Assembly (NCBI RefSeq): GCF_030159855.1
Contig: NZ_BSNG01000004.1
Span: forward strand, 286,541 to 310,540
Source of the DNA: Devosia yakushimensis
Lineage (GTDB): Bacteria; Pseudomonadota; Alphaproteobacteria; Rhizobiales; Devosiaceae
Length of the DNA: 24,000 nucleotides
Direction: 5' to 3'
Both the position numbers and the translations under genes were made by a program. Positions 14,310-24,000 of this stretch are shown here, piece after piece. The first letter of the stretch is position 1, and each line of letters begins with the position of its first letter. Under the pieces are notes generated by a model. That model ran no database searches and had not been told where the DNA came from. It worked only from the letters and a program-made list of their open reading frames with translations.

Positions 14310-15422
14310 ATGACCCGCCACCTCTCCCGCCTCCGCCTCACCGCCTTCCGCAATTACACCGCGGCGGCGCTTGACCTTGATGATCGCCATCTCGTCCTCA
14401 CCGGCCCCAATGGCGCCGGCAAGACCAATCTGCTCGAAGCGGTGAGCCTGCTCTCGCCCGGCCGTGGCCTGCGCCGCGCCAGTTTCGATACGGTCCAGGC
14501 CCAGGGCAGTGATATCGGCTGGGCGGTCGCGGCCACCGTCGAGACCGATGACGGCCCCGCCGATATCGGCACCGGCGCCGGCCCCGATGGCGGCCGCCGC
14601 GTGCGCATCAATGGCGCCAATGCCCGCTCCATCGAAGCGATGAGCGATTACCTGCGCGTGCTCTGGCTCACCCCGGCCATGGATGGCCTGTTTTCCGGCC
14701 CCGCCAGCGACCGGCGCCGGTTTTTGGATCGGCTGGTGACCACCCTCATCCCCAGCCATTCCTCGTCCGTTTCCGACTATGACAAGGCCATGCGCCAGCG
14801 CAATCGCCTGCTCGAAGAGGGCGGCGATATCCGATGGCTCTCGGCCGTCGAAATCCAGCTGGCGGAACTCGGTGCCTCCATCCACCTGGCCCGCACCGAC
14901 AGCCTCACCCACCTGCAAGCGCTGATCGAGCAAAGCCTTGATGACGAAAGCTTTCCTTCTGCCCATCTGGCGCTGACCCCGCTCTTTGACAACCAGAGCG
15001 AGCCCACTTCCTCGGCCGCGCTCGAAACTGCCTTGATCGAGACCTGGCAGGCCTCGCGCGCCCTTGATCGCGCCGCCGGACGCACCATATCTGGACCACA
15101 CCGTGTCGATCTCGAAGTGACCTATGCCCAAAAAGGCATGCCGGCCGCCTTGGGCTCGACCGGCGAGCAAAAGGCATTGCTGATCGGGCTGATCCTGGCC
15201 CATGCCAGATTGGTCAAATTGCGCACCGCGATCACGCCCTTCCTGCTGCTCGACGAAATCGCCGCCCATCTCGATCCCGACCGCCGCCGGGCCCTGTTTT
15301 CGGCCCTCGATGGGCTGGGAACGCAATGCTTCCTCACCGGCACCGACAAGCTGCTCTTCGAGGCCCTGGGCGAGAGGGCCCAGACGATTACGGTGCGGGA
15401 CGGGCGGTTGTATAAGGATTGA
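14310..15422 (+). CDS. recF: DNA replication and repair protein RecF
   Basis: LRLTAFRNY, Walker A GPNGAGKTNLLEA, signature GSTGEQKALLIGL and Walker B FLLLDEIAAHLD. Confidence 0.93.
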   Translation: MTRHLSRLRLTAFRNYTAAALDLDDRHLVLTGPNGAGKTNLLEAVSLLSPGRGLRRASFDTVQAQGSDIGWAVAATVETDDGPADIGTGAGPDGGRRVRINGANARSIEAMSDYLRVLWLTPAMDGLFSGPASDRRRFLDRLVTTLIPSHSSSVSDYDKAMRQRNRLLEEGGDIRWLSAVEIQLAELGASIHLARTDSLTHLQALIEQSLDDESFPSAHLALTPLFDNQSEPTSSAALETALIETWQASRALDRAAGRTISGPHRVDLEVTYAQKGMPAALGSTGEQKALLIGLILAHARLVKLRTAITPFLLLDEIAAHLDPDRRRALFSALDGLGTQCFLTGTDKLLFEALGERAQTITVRDGRLYKD

Positions 15423-15440
15423 ACGGCACCACCGATGCTC

Positions 15441-15545
15441 ACACCAACACGGTGTCATTCCCGCGAAAGCGGGAACCTCCGTTACCCAATCCAGGTACAG
15501 AAAACAGAGGTTCCCGCTTTCGCGGGAATGACCCTGGGATGGGGC
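15441..15545. repeat. Type-1 palindromic intergenic repeat, copy 3 (GAAAGC subfamily)
   Basis: GTCATTCCCGCGAAAGCGGGAACCTC (15453-15478) and its inverted partner GAGGTTCCCGCTTTCGCGGGAATGAC (15506-15531), lying between recF and gyrB. Confidence 0.85.
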
Positions 15546-15640
15546 ACCCCCATCGGTGCGATGTCCCCCGGCAAAAGCCCCTAAAAAGGCCATTTTGCTT
15601 GGGGATAGACCCCCGTTCCGATAGAACAAATTCACTCTGA

Positions 15641-18088
<2,448 letters not shown>

Positions 18089-18093
18089 GCGCA

Positions 18094-18669
18094 ATGGCTC
18101 CACTCGTTCTGATCTTCGGAACCTCGCATGTGGGTAAGTCCACCCTGGCCGCCCGCCTGGGCGAACAGCTTGCCTGGCCGGTCTATTCAACCGACAAGAT
18201 GGGGCGCCATCCCGGCCGCCCCTGGCCGGAGGTGCGCGAGCCGGTCGCCGAGCATTACCGGCGCCTGTCCGACGAGACCATCTATTGGTTCCTCCTGACC
18301 CATCAGGAAAACATCTGGCCCCATATCAGCCGGCAGATTGCCGAGGCCGGCGCCCAGGACGTCGGCAGCGTCTTTGAGGGATCGGCCCTTCGTCCCGAAT
18401 TCCTCGTGACACTGGAAAGCCCTAATACCCACCCCATCGGCCTTTACGCCGAGGATGGATTTCTCCGCGACCGGATCTTGCAGCAAAGCGGCTATGCCGG
18501 GCGCGATGCCGTCCAAAGGCAATTGATCGACAAATTCATCACCCGCTCCCTGCGGCAGAACGCCGATTTCCGTGAGACCGCCACCAGGCTCGGCCTGCCC
18601 TTGGTCGATGCGGCGGACAATGTCGCATTGGCGGAATTCACCGACAGAATGCTTGTTGCGCTGGGGTGA
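18094..18669 (+). CDS. P-loop NTPase / small-molecule-kinase-like protein, unknown function
   Basis: 191 aa with an N-terminal Walker A (LIFGTSHVGKSTLA). The ATG lies only 5 nt after the gyrB stop. No further family assignment is possible by eye. Confidence 0.65.
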   Translation: MAPLVLIFGTSHVGKSTLAARLGEQLAWPVYSTDKMGRHPGRPWPEVREPVAEHYRRLSDETIYWFLLTHQENIWPHISRQIAEAGAQDVGSVFEGSALRPEFLVTLESPNTHPIGLYAEDGFLRDRILQQSGYAGRDAVQRQLIDKFITRSLRQNADFRETATRLGLPLVDAADNVALAEFTDRMLVALG

Positions 18670-18944
18670 CGGGCAACGTGCCCACCACAACGTGATCGCC
18701 CCCCTTGTGGCGCGTCCGCAACAGCGCGCCACATCCCGCAAAACCCCACATAAACCGGCCACAATTTCCCCTGAGAACCGCAAGCTGTGGCCGCGCCAGG
18801 ACGCGCCCTCGGGCCATCGGCCGGGGATGACGCACCGGTGGACGGCTTGGTCGGCCTTTACGCTTTGCTAACCTCTTTGTTTGCCATGATGGCAGATGAG
18901 AGTAGAAGGCAAGGCCCAGGCACTTTCTATTTCGGGTTCGATTG

Positions 18945-21485
18945 ATGGATTTTCGCATTTCCGCCGATGATCGCGTTGGCGCCCAGCCCAAGGGCCGGCC
19001 GGCCGCGGCCAGCCGTGCCAAGGGCGGCTCCCGCGTCGAACCCTCCATGGGCAAGGCGGTCGGCGTCTTTGTCGATGACGAACGCTCCGGCGGCGCGTCC
19101 CCCAATCCCAAGGGCAAGCCCCCTAAGCCGCCGCGCCGCGGCAAGGCCACGACCGCCCGCGAAAAGAAGCCAAAAAAACGCCGCTCGCGTACCGGCGGCT
19201 TTCTCATGGGCATTTTCTACTGGGGCTTTGTCTTTGCCCTCTGGGCCGGCATCGCCGTTATCGGCGTCGTGGTCTATTACGGGGCCCAATTGCCCTCGTC
19301 CAATACCTGGGCCATTCCCGATCGCCCGCCCAATATCCGCATTCTCGCCGCTGACGGGAGCCTGATTTCCAATCGCGGCCAGACCGGGGGCGAAGCGATC
19401 ACCTATCGCGAATTGCCCTATTATGTGCCCGCGGCGATCATCGCCAGCGAAGACCGCCGTTTCATGAGCCATTTCGGCGTCGACCCTATTGGCCTGCTCG
19501 CCGTGGCGGCCGAAAGCGTGCGGGCGCGCGGGGTCACCCGTGGCGCCTCCACCATCACCCAGCAGGTGGCGAAAAACCTCTTCCTCACCCCCGACCAGAC
19601 CCTGGGCCGCAAGGTGCAGGAAGCCATTCTGGCGGTGTGGCTCGAACAGAACTACACCAAGGAAGAAATCCTCGAACTCTATATGAACCGCGTCTATTTC
19701 GGCGCCGGCGCCACCGGCATCGAGGCGGCCGCGCAGACCTATTTCGGCGTTTCCGCGCGCAATCTCTCGCTCGGCCAGGCCGCCATGCTGGCCGGCATTC
19801 TGCCCGCGCCCTCGGCCTATAATCCGAAATCCAATCCGGAACGTGCCAAGGAACGCCAGCGCCTGACGCTCAATTCCATGGCTGAGGAAGGCTATATCAC
19901 CCGCGAGGAAGCCTCCGCCGCCCAGATCGACCCCAATCAATCCGTGCGCACCCGTGTCGCGGGTTCCGAATCCTATGTCGCCGACTGGGTCGAAAGCCTG
20001 ATGACCGCCTATATCGGCGAGATCGACAGCGACGTCGTGGTGCAGACCACCATCGACTGGAAAATGCAGAAGGACGCCGAGTTCATCGTCAAGGAATTGG
20101 TGGCCTCCGAAGGTCCCAAGCGCGGCTTCAACCAGGGCGCCCTCGTCGCCATGGATGTCGATGGCACGGTGCGCGCCATGGTGGGCGGCGTCGATTACCA
20201 GGCCAGCCAATATAACCGCGCGGTCACGGCCAAGCGTCAGCCGGGCTCGACCTTCAAGCCCTTCGTTTATCTGGCCGCCATGGAAAAGGGCTATACGCCC
20301 GAGACCCTGGCCGAAGACGCCCAGTTCGAATATCAGGGCTGGAGTCCGCGCAATGCCTCGGGCAAATATGCCGGCACGGTGACCCTGCGCCAGGGCCTGG
20401 CCTATTCGCTCAATACCATTGCCGCGCGGCTGGCCATCGACGTCACGCCCCAGGCCGTGGTCGATGTGGCCACCCGCATGGGCATTTCCAGCCAGTTGAC
20501 GCCGGTGCCCTCCATTGCGCTGGGCACCCAGGAAGTGAACCTGCTCGAACTGACCGGCGCCTACGCCCCCTTCGCCAATGGCGGCATGGGTGTCATCCCC
20601 AATGTCATCACCAAGATCGAGACGAAGGACGGCAAGCCGCTTTACGAGGCGTCCGATGCCGGCCCCGGCCGCGTCATCGCCCCCAATGTGCTCGACGAGA
20701 TGAACGACATGCTGGAAACCGCCGTCGAGGTGGGCACCGGCAAGGGCGCCAATCTCAATGGCTGGCAGTTCGGCGGCAAGACCGGCACCTCCCAGAATGC
20801 CCGCGACGCGCTCTTTGTCGGCTATACCGCCGCCATGGTGACCGGCGTCTGGCTGGGTAATGACAATGACACCCGCACCACGCTTTCGGGCGGCAATGTG
20901 CCGGCGGTCATCTGGTCCGAATTCATGACCAAGGCCCATGCCGGCAAGCAGATCGCCCAGATTCCGCACGGCTCTTACGAAGGCCAGAGCGTGGCCCAGC
21001 CGGTTATCGATCCGGCCACCGGCCAGCAGGTCATCGACCCGGCGACGGGCCAGCCCATGGTCCAGCATGTCGATGCCCAGACCGGCCAGCCGGTCGCCGC
21101 GCCCTCCAACCAGCCGATCCAGACCGGCCAGATGGTCGACCCCATGACCGGCCTGCCCGTGGGCCAGCAGGTCACCTATGACGCCAATGGCCAGGCCATC
21201 GATCCGGCCACCGGCATGCCCATCCAGCAGGGCGGGGGTTTCCAGCAAGGTCCTGCGGCCGATGTCGGCAGCACCGCGCCCATCGATCCCGATACGGGCC
21301 TGCCCATGGTTCTGATTGTCGATCCCTCTACCGGCCAGCAGGTCTGGGTGCCCTCGGCACCCGCCAGCCAGCAACAGCCGCAGGGCCAGTTCGCCCCGCC
21401 CCAGCCGGTCGGCGATCAGGTGATCTACCAGGAGCCCGAACAGCCGCAGCAACGCACGCTGATGGACCTGATCTTCGGCAACTAG
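18945..21485 (+). CDS. Class A penicillin-binding protein (bifunctional glycosyltransferase/transpeptidase, PBP1A-like)
   Basis: GT51 motifs EDRRFMSHFGVD, GASTITQQ and RKVQE. Transpeptidase motifs STFKP (SxxK), SLN (SxN) and KTGT (KTG). It has a basic N-terminal tail and one TM segment (FYWGFVFALWAGIAVIGVVVYY). The start is TTG 18942 or ATG 18945, with ATG 19047 as a downstream alternative. Confidence 0.92.
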   Translation: MDFRISADDRVGAQPKGRPAAASRAKGGSRVEPSMGKAVGVFVDDERSGGASPNPKGKPPKPPRRGKATTAREKKPKKRRSRTGGFLMGIFYWGFVFALWAGIAVIGVVVYYGAQLPSSNTWAIPDRPPNIRILAADGSLISNRGQTGGEAITYRELPYYVPAAIIASEDRRFMSHFGVDPIGLLAVAAESVRARGVTRGASTITQQVAKNLFLTPDQTLGRKVQEAILAVWLEQNYTKEEILELYMNRVYFGAGATGIEAAAQTYFGVSARNLSLGQAAMLAGILPAPSAYNPKSNPERAKERQRLTLNSMAEEGYITREEASAAQIDPNQSVRTRVAGSESYVADWVESLMTAYIGEIDSDVVVQTTIDWKMQKDAEFIVKELVASEGPKRGFNQGALVAMDVDGTVRAMVGGVDYQASQYNRAVTAKRQPGSTFKPFVYLAAMEKGYTPETLAEDAQFEYQGWSPRNASGKYAGTVTLRQGLAYSLNTIAARLAIDVTPQAVVDVATRMGISSQLTPVPSIALGTQEVNLLELTGAYAPFANGGMGVIPNVITKIETKDGKPLYEASDAGPGRVIAPNVLDEMNDMLETAVEVGTGKGANLNGWQFGGKTGTSQNARDALFVGYTAAMVTGVWLGNDNDTRTTLSGGNVPAVIWSEFMTKAHAGKQIAQIPHGSYEGQSVAQPVIDPATGQQVIDPATGQPMVQHVDAQTGQPVAAPSNQPIQTGQMVDPMTGLPVGQQVTYDANGQAIDPATGMPIQQGGGFQQGPAADVGSTAPIDPDTGLPMVLIVDPSTGQQVWVPSAPASQQQPQGQFAPPQPVGDQVIYQEPEQPQQRTLMDLIFGN

Positions 21486-21523
21486 GGTGCTGCGCCGAGC
21501 CCGCGACTAACCTTGCGCGCCCT

Positions 21524-21606
21524 CCACCACCGGGTCATTCCCGCGAAAGCGGGAATCCATTCTTGCTGCTCCTGAGGCGCGAGAAGAATGATGTCGTGGT
21601 TGAGGG
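21524..21606. repeat. Type-1 repeat, copy 4 (right arm truncated by an internal deletion)
   Basis: The left arm GGGTCATTCCCGCGAAAGCGGGAATCCATTCTTGC is intact. The right side reads GAGAAGAATG|ATGTCGTGGTTGAGGGG and so lacks the ~22-bp GATTCCCGC...GCGGGAATG hairpin that copy 2 carries between two AATG repeats. Confidence 0.7.
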
Positions 21607-21620
21607 GAAACGTCATCCTA

Positions 21621-21732
21621 TCCCATCCACAACCGCCTTCCTCGGGCTCGACCCGAGGACCATTCGCCGCTTGTGCCGCGTTGAGAGCGGCCCTCGGGTC
21701 GAGCCCGAGGGAAGCGATTGTGGGGTGGGGAG
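21621..21732. repeat. Type-2 intergenic repeat, copy 2
   Basis: TCCCATCCACAACCGCCTTCCTCGGGCTCGACCCGAGGA...GGCCCTCGGGTCGAGCCCGAGGGAAGCGATTGTGGGGTGGGGA. It is collinear with 3243-3353. Confidence 0.85.
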
Positions 21733-21756
21733 AACTGCGATCCCTTGGGACACATC

Positions 21757-21854
21757 ACCCACCGGGTCATTCCCGCGAAAGCGGGAACCTCCGTTTGCTT
21801 TTTCTGCATCCAAAACAGAGGTTCCCGCTTTCGCGGAAATGACACCGTGGTTGT
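21757..21854. repeat. Type-1 palindromic intergenic repeat, copy 5 (GAAAGC subfamily)
   Basis: GGGTCATTCCCGCGAAAGCGGGAACCTCCGTTTGC ... AAAACAGAGGTTCCCGCTTTCGCGGAAATGACACCGTGGTTG. It is closest to the copy at 15441-15545. Confidence 0.85.
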
Positions 21855-21885
21855 TAGAACACGTGGCATTACATTCAGGGTGCGT

Positions 21886-22275
21886 CTAGGTGAGCTGGGC
21901 CGCAATGGCGGCCTTGTCGATCACCGACCACACGGCTGCGATCCGCTCGCCGGTAAACTGGTAAAAGACATTCTCGCTGAACGAGACGCGCCTGCCATTG
22001 ACCGCAAGATCGAAAAGCATGCCCTTGGGCGTGCAGTTGAATTGCAGCCGGCTCGCGATCCGCGGCGGCTCGGACACCAGCAGCTCGATATGGAAATGAA
22101 GATCGGGAATCGCCCGAAAATCCTCCTCCAGCATGCTGCGATATCCCGATAGCCCGATCCGCTCGCCATTGTAGTGAACGTCCTCGGCAACGAACTGCCC
22201 CAGTCGCGGCCAATCCTGACTGTTGAGACAGGCAATATAGCCCCGGTAGATATCGGCGAGGACGGTATTGGTCAT
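21886..22275 (-). CDS. SnoaL-like / NTF2-fold protein (predicted ester cyclase family)
   Basis: 129 aa. IYRGYIACLNSQDWPRLGQFVAEDVHYNGERIGLSGYRSMLEEDFRAIPDLHFHIELLV...ENVFYQFTGERIAAVWSVIDKAAI matches the pattern of SnoaL-like ester cyclases as I recall it. Confidence 0.7.
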   Translation of the reverse strand: MTNTVLADIYRGYIACLNSQDWPRLGQFVAEDVHYNGERIGLSGYRSMLEEDFRAIPDLHFHIELLVSEPPRIASRLQFNCTPKGMLFDLAVNGRRVSFSENVFYQFTGERIAAVWSVIDKAAIAAQLT

Positions 22276-22334
22276 GAAGGCACCATGCTAATTCGGTCGC
22301 CGGGCCATGCTGAACCCGCCCGGCTCGCGGCTCA

Positions 22335-22367
22335 ACAAAAAACGGGACCGCCTTATGCGATCCCGTT
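22335..22367 (-). terminator. Rho-independent terminator of the L,D-transpeptidase gene
   Basis: On the minus strand, AACGGGA-TCGCATAAGGCGG-TCCCGTT is followed by TTTTTGTTG, starting 5 nt after the stop codon. Confidence 0.7.
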
Positions 22368-22371
22368 TGTC

Positions 22372-23067
22372 CTATTGCAGCACCACGATCGGCGAGCCCG
22401 ACGGCACCCGCTCATAGAGATCCACAATATCCTGGAACAATAGCCGCACGCAGCCGCTCGATACCGCCTGGCCGATGGACAGCACATCCATATTGCCATG
22501 GATGCGATAGAGCGTGTCCTTGTTGCCCTGGTGGATATAGAGCGCGCGTGGGCCCAGCGCATTCTCCAGCCCGGGCGGCTGGCCGTGGCGGTAGATTTCC
22601 AGTTCCGGCTGGCGCACGATCATTTCGGCAGGCGGGGTCCAGACCGGCCATTTGCGCTTATAGGCCATGTGGGCACGGCCCTCCCAGGCAAAGCCGGCCC
22701 GGCCAATGCCCACGCCATAGCGCATGGCGCGGCCATCCTTCATCGTCCAATAGAGGAAGCGATTGGCCGTATCGACGATGATCGTGCCCGGCGCTTCGCC
22801 GGTTTCATTGGCCACTTCCTGCCGCCGGTAGATGGGATTGAGCAGCTCGATCCGCGCCGCCGGAATGGGGAATTCTTCGTCGGGCAGGGGGCCATACATG
22901 GCCAGCACTTCGGGGGTGACCTCATAGACCGGCGGGCCGGCCGGAACGGTTGGGCGGGGCGTCGGTGTCGTCGTGGTGCAGCCCGCCAGGGCCAGCGCGG
23001 CAAGGCTCGCGCCACCCGCCAGCAGGCTCCGCCGCGTCAGCGACGGGGTGAGAACAAGATCAGTCAT
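22372..23067 (-). CDS. L,D-transpeptidase (YkuD domain), Tat-signal lipoprotein
   Basis: Twin-arginine signal plus lipobox (LTRRSLLAGGASLAALALAG|C) and the catalytic YkuD motif IHGNMDVLSIGQAVSSGCVRL. Confidence 0.88.
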   Translation of the reverse strand: MTDLVLTPSLTRRSLLAGGASLAALALAGCTTTTPTPRPTVPAGPPVYEVTPEVLAMYGPLPDEEFPIPAARIELLNPIYRRQEVANETGEAPGTIIVDTANRFLYWTMKDGRAMRYGVGIGRAGFAWEGRAHMAYKRKWPVWTPPAEMIVRQPELEIYRHGQPPGLENALGPRALYIHQGNKDTLYRIHGNMDVLSIGQAVSSGCVRLLFQDIVDLYERVPSGSPIVVLQ

Positions 23068-23180
23068 GGGAAAATATCTTTCGCGCGGTCAGCATGCTGG
23101 CCGCTGGGAGAAGGGTCAGCTTTTCGCGAGCGAAAAGCGGGGGTGAAGGGCGCGCCGGGCGCCAGCCGTGGGACTAGTCC

Positions 23181-23534
23181 CTAGCCCGCTATGGGCGGCT
23201 TGAACCGTTCCAGGATCAGCCGGGAGACGCCGAACCGACCGGTCATGGCGGTGTGGTCTTCCTTCACCGCATCGAACCGGATATCGCAGGGCTCGGCAAC
23301 AATGCCCGGATGCCCGTTGCAGGGCAGGACAATGCCGGTTTTCTTCTTGCCGCAGGCCTTGAAGGAAACCACCGGATCGCTGTCAGTGCTGGGGGCAAGG
23401 CAGAAATCCTCGCCGCCATCGGCAGTGATCGTGGCCGGCACAGTGCTGGAATAGGCCATGGCATAGCTATTCGCCCCGCCCCAGACCGAGGCGAGCACAA
23501 AAAGCGCGGCAATGAGCGGCATCAGGCGCTGCAT
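23181..23534 (-). CDS. Small secreted protein with four Cys residues, unknown function
   Basis: The start was set at MQRLMPLIAALFVLASVWGGANSYA|MA, a signal peptide (ATG 23534). The mature region carries four Cys (FCLAP, KACGKK, LPCNGH, EPCDIR). The 67-aa upstream extension of the longest ORF runs through a type-3 repeat and is rejected. Confidence 0.55.
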   Translation of the reverse strand: MQRLMPLIAALFVLASVWGGANSYAMAYSSTVPATITADGGEDFCLAPSTDSDPVVSFKACGKKKTGIVLPCNGHPGIVAEPCDIRFDAVKEDHTAMTGRFGVSRLILERFKPPIAG

Positions 23535-23642
23535 GGGATTTCTATAGGGGGAGCGGTGCGGGTGATCCACCCCGCCACGCCGAAGGTCACGCAGGTGTGA
23601 CCTTTTTGGCGCGGAGTGGGCCAGGAAACATCGTGCTCTTGG

Positions 23643-23748
23643 CCTCCCTCCCCCTTGAGGGGAGGGTCGGGGAGGGGGGCGTTGTGGCTCCTGCGCAAGA
23701 GCCGCCTGACCCCCACCCTCAATGCCTCCCCTCAAGGGGGAGGGAGGC
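23643..23748. repeat. Type-3 composite inverted repeat (MITE-like)
   Basis: CCTCCCTCCCCCTTGAGGGGAGGG ... GGCTCCTGCGCAAGAGCC ... CCTCCCCTCAAGGGGGAGGGAGG. The architecture matches 14168-14283. Confidence 0.8.
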
Positions 23749-23789
23749 GCAGGAACCGATGTCTTTTGCAGCCAGCCAACCAGTAGACC

Positions 23790-24000
23790 TCATGGTGAGC
23801 CGTGCCTACCCCCATAAGCCATCAACTGCCGCCCATGCGCCTTGAGCCAGGCCCGGCCCCGCTCCATGTCCGGCAGGGTGCGCTTGACCGTGGCCCAGAA
23901 GGCCGCCGAATGGTTCATCTCCACCAGATGGGCCACTTCATGGGCCGCCACGTAATCGAGCACGAAGGGCGGCGCCAGGATCAGCCGCCAATTGTAATTG
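23790..24000 (-). CDS. M48/YgjP-like (DUF45) zinc metallopeptidase, C-terminal part; gene continues beyond window
   Basis: This ORF is not in the supplied track and was read by hand. The minus-strand frame gives NYNWRLILAPPFVLDYVAAHEVAHLVEMNHSAAFWATVKRTLPDMERGRAWLKAHGRQLMAYGGRHGSP* with the HExxH motif (HEVAH) followed by NHS..FW, as in YgjP-type proteins. Stop TGA = complement of 23790-23792. Confidence 0.65.
   Translation of the reverse strand, partial: NYNWRLILAPPFVLDYVAAHEVAHLVEMNHSAAFWATVKRTLPDMERGRAWLKAHGRQLMAYGGRHGSP

Noticed and set aside
13728-15635. 635-aa minus-strand ORF spanning the dnaN 3' end, recF and two repeat elements
   Set aside because: It crosses two intergenic repeat elements and is antisense to two genes with diagnostic motifs, so it cannot be a real gene.
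18925-18950. tRNA T-arm-like GGGTTCGATTG just upstream of the PBP start
   Set aside because: No acceptor, D or anticodon stems can be built around it. It overlaps the PBP translation start region.

Overview
High-GC alphaproteobacterial chromosomal segment. Gene order and repeat families look Hyphomicrobiales/Rhizobiales-like, which is inference only. It is centred on the replication-initiation housekeeping cluster. Plus strand: mutM, rpsT, a ~0.9 kb non-coding spacer, dnaA, a small secreted TolA/TonB-C-like gene, dnaN, recF, gyrB, a tightly linked P-loop kinase-like gene, and a class A PBP with a repetitive C-terminal tail. Minus strand: dut, two tandem DUF2259-like secreted paralogues and a ThiF/MoeB-like E1 enzyme as one apparent operon. 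Also on the minus strand: marR (divergent from a FAD monooxygenase), ubiE-ubiB plus a lipoprotein, a SnoaL-like protein, a Tat/lipobox L,D-transpeptidase, a small Cys-containing secreted protein and a partial M48/YgjP-like metallopeptidase. A partial GIY-YIG gene sits at the left edge. Almost every larger intergenic gap holds one of three families of structured palindromic repeats (REP/MITE-like), 12 loci in total, and these produce many spurious ORFs in the six-frame track. The long ORFs antisense to real genes are typical high-GC shadow frames. I found no tRNA or rRNA, no CRISPR array, no transposase or integrase, and no recognisable defence, toxin-antitoxin or secretion system. I see no convincing evidence of a novel multi-gene system here. 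The points worth follow-up are the uncharacterised secreted or P-loop genes embedded in core operons, the repeat families and their structure-preserving substitutions, the long rpsT-dnaA spacer, and the PBP tail repeats. All coordinates and motifs were read by eye, and no database search was possible.
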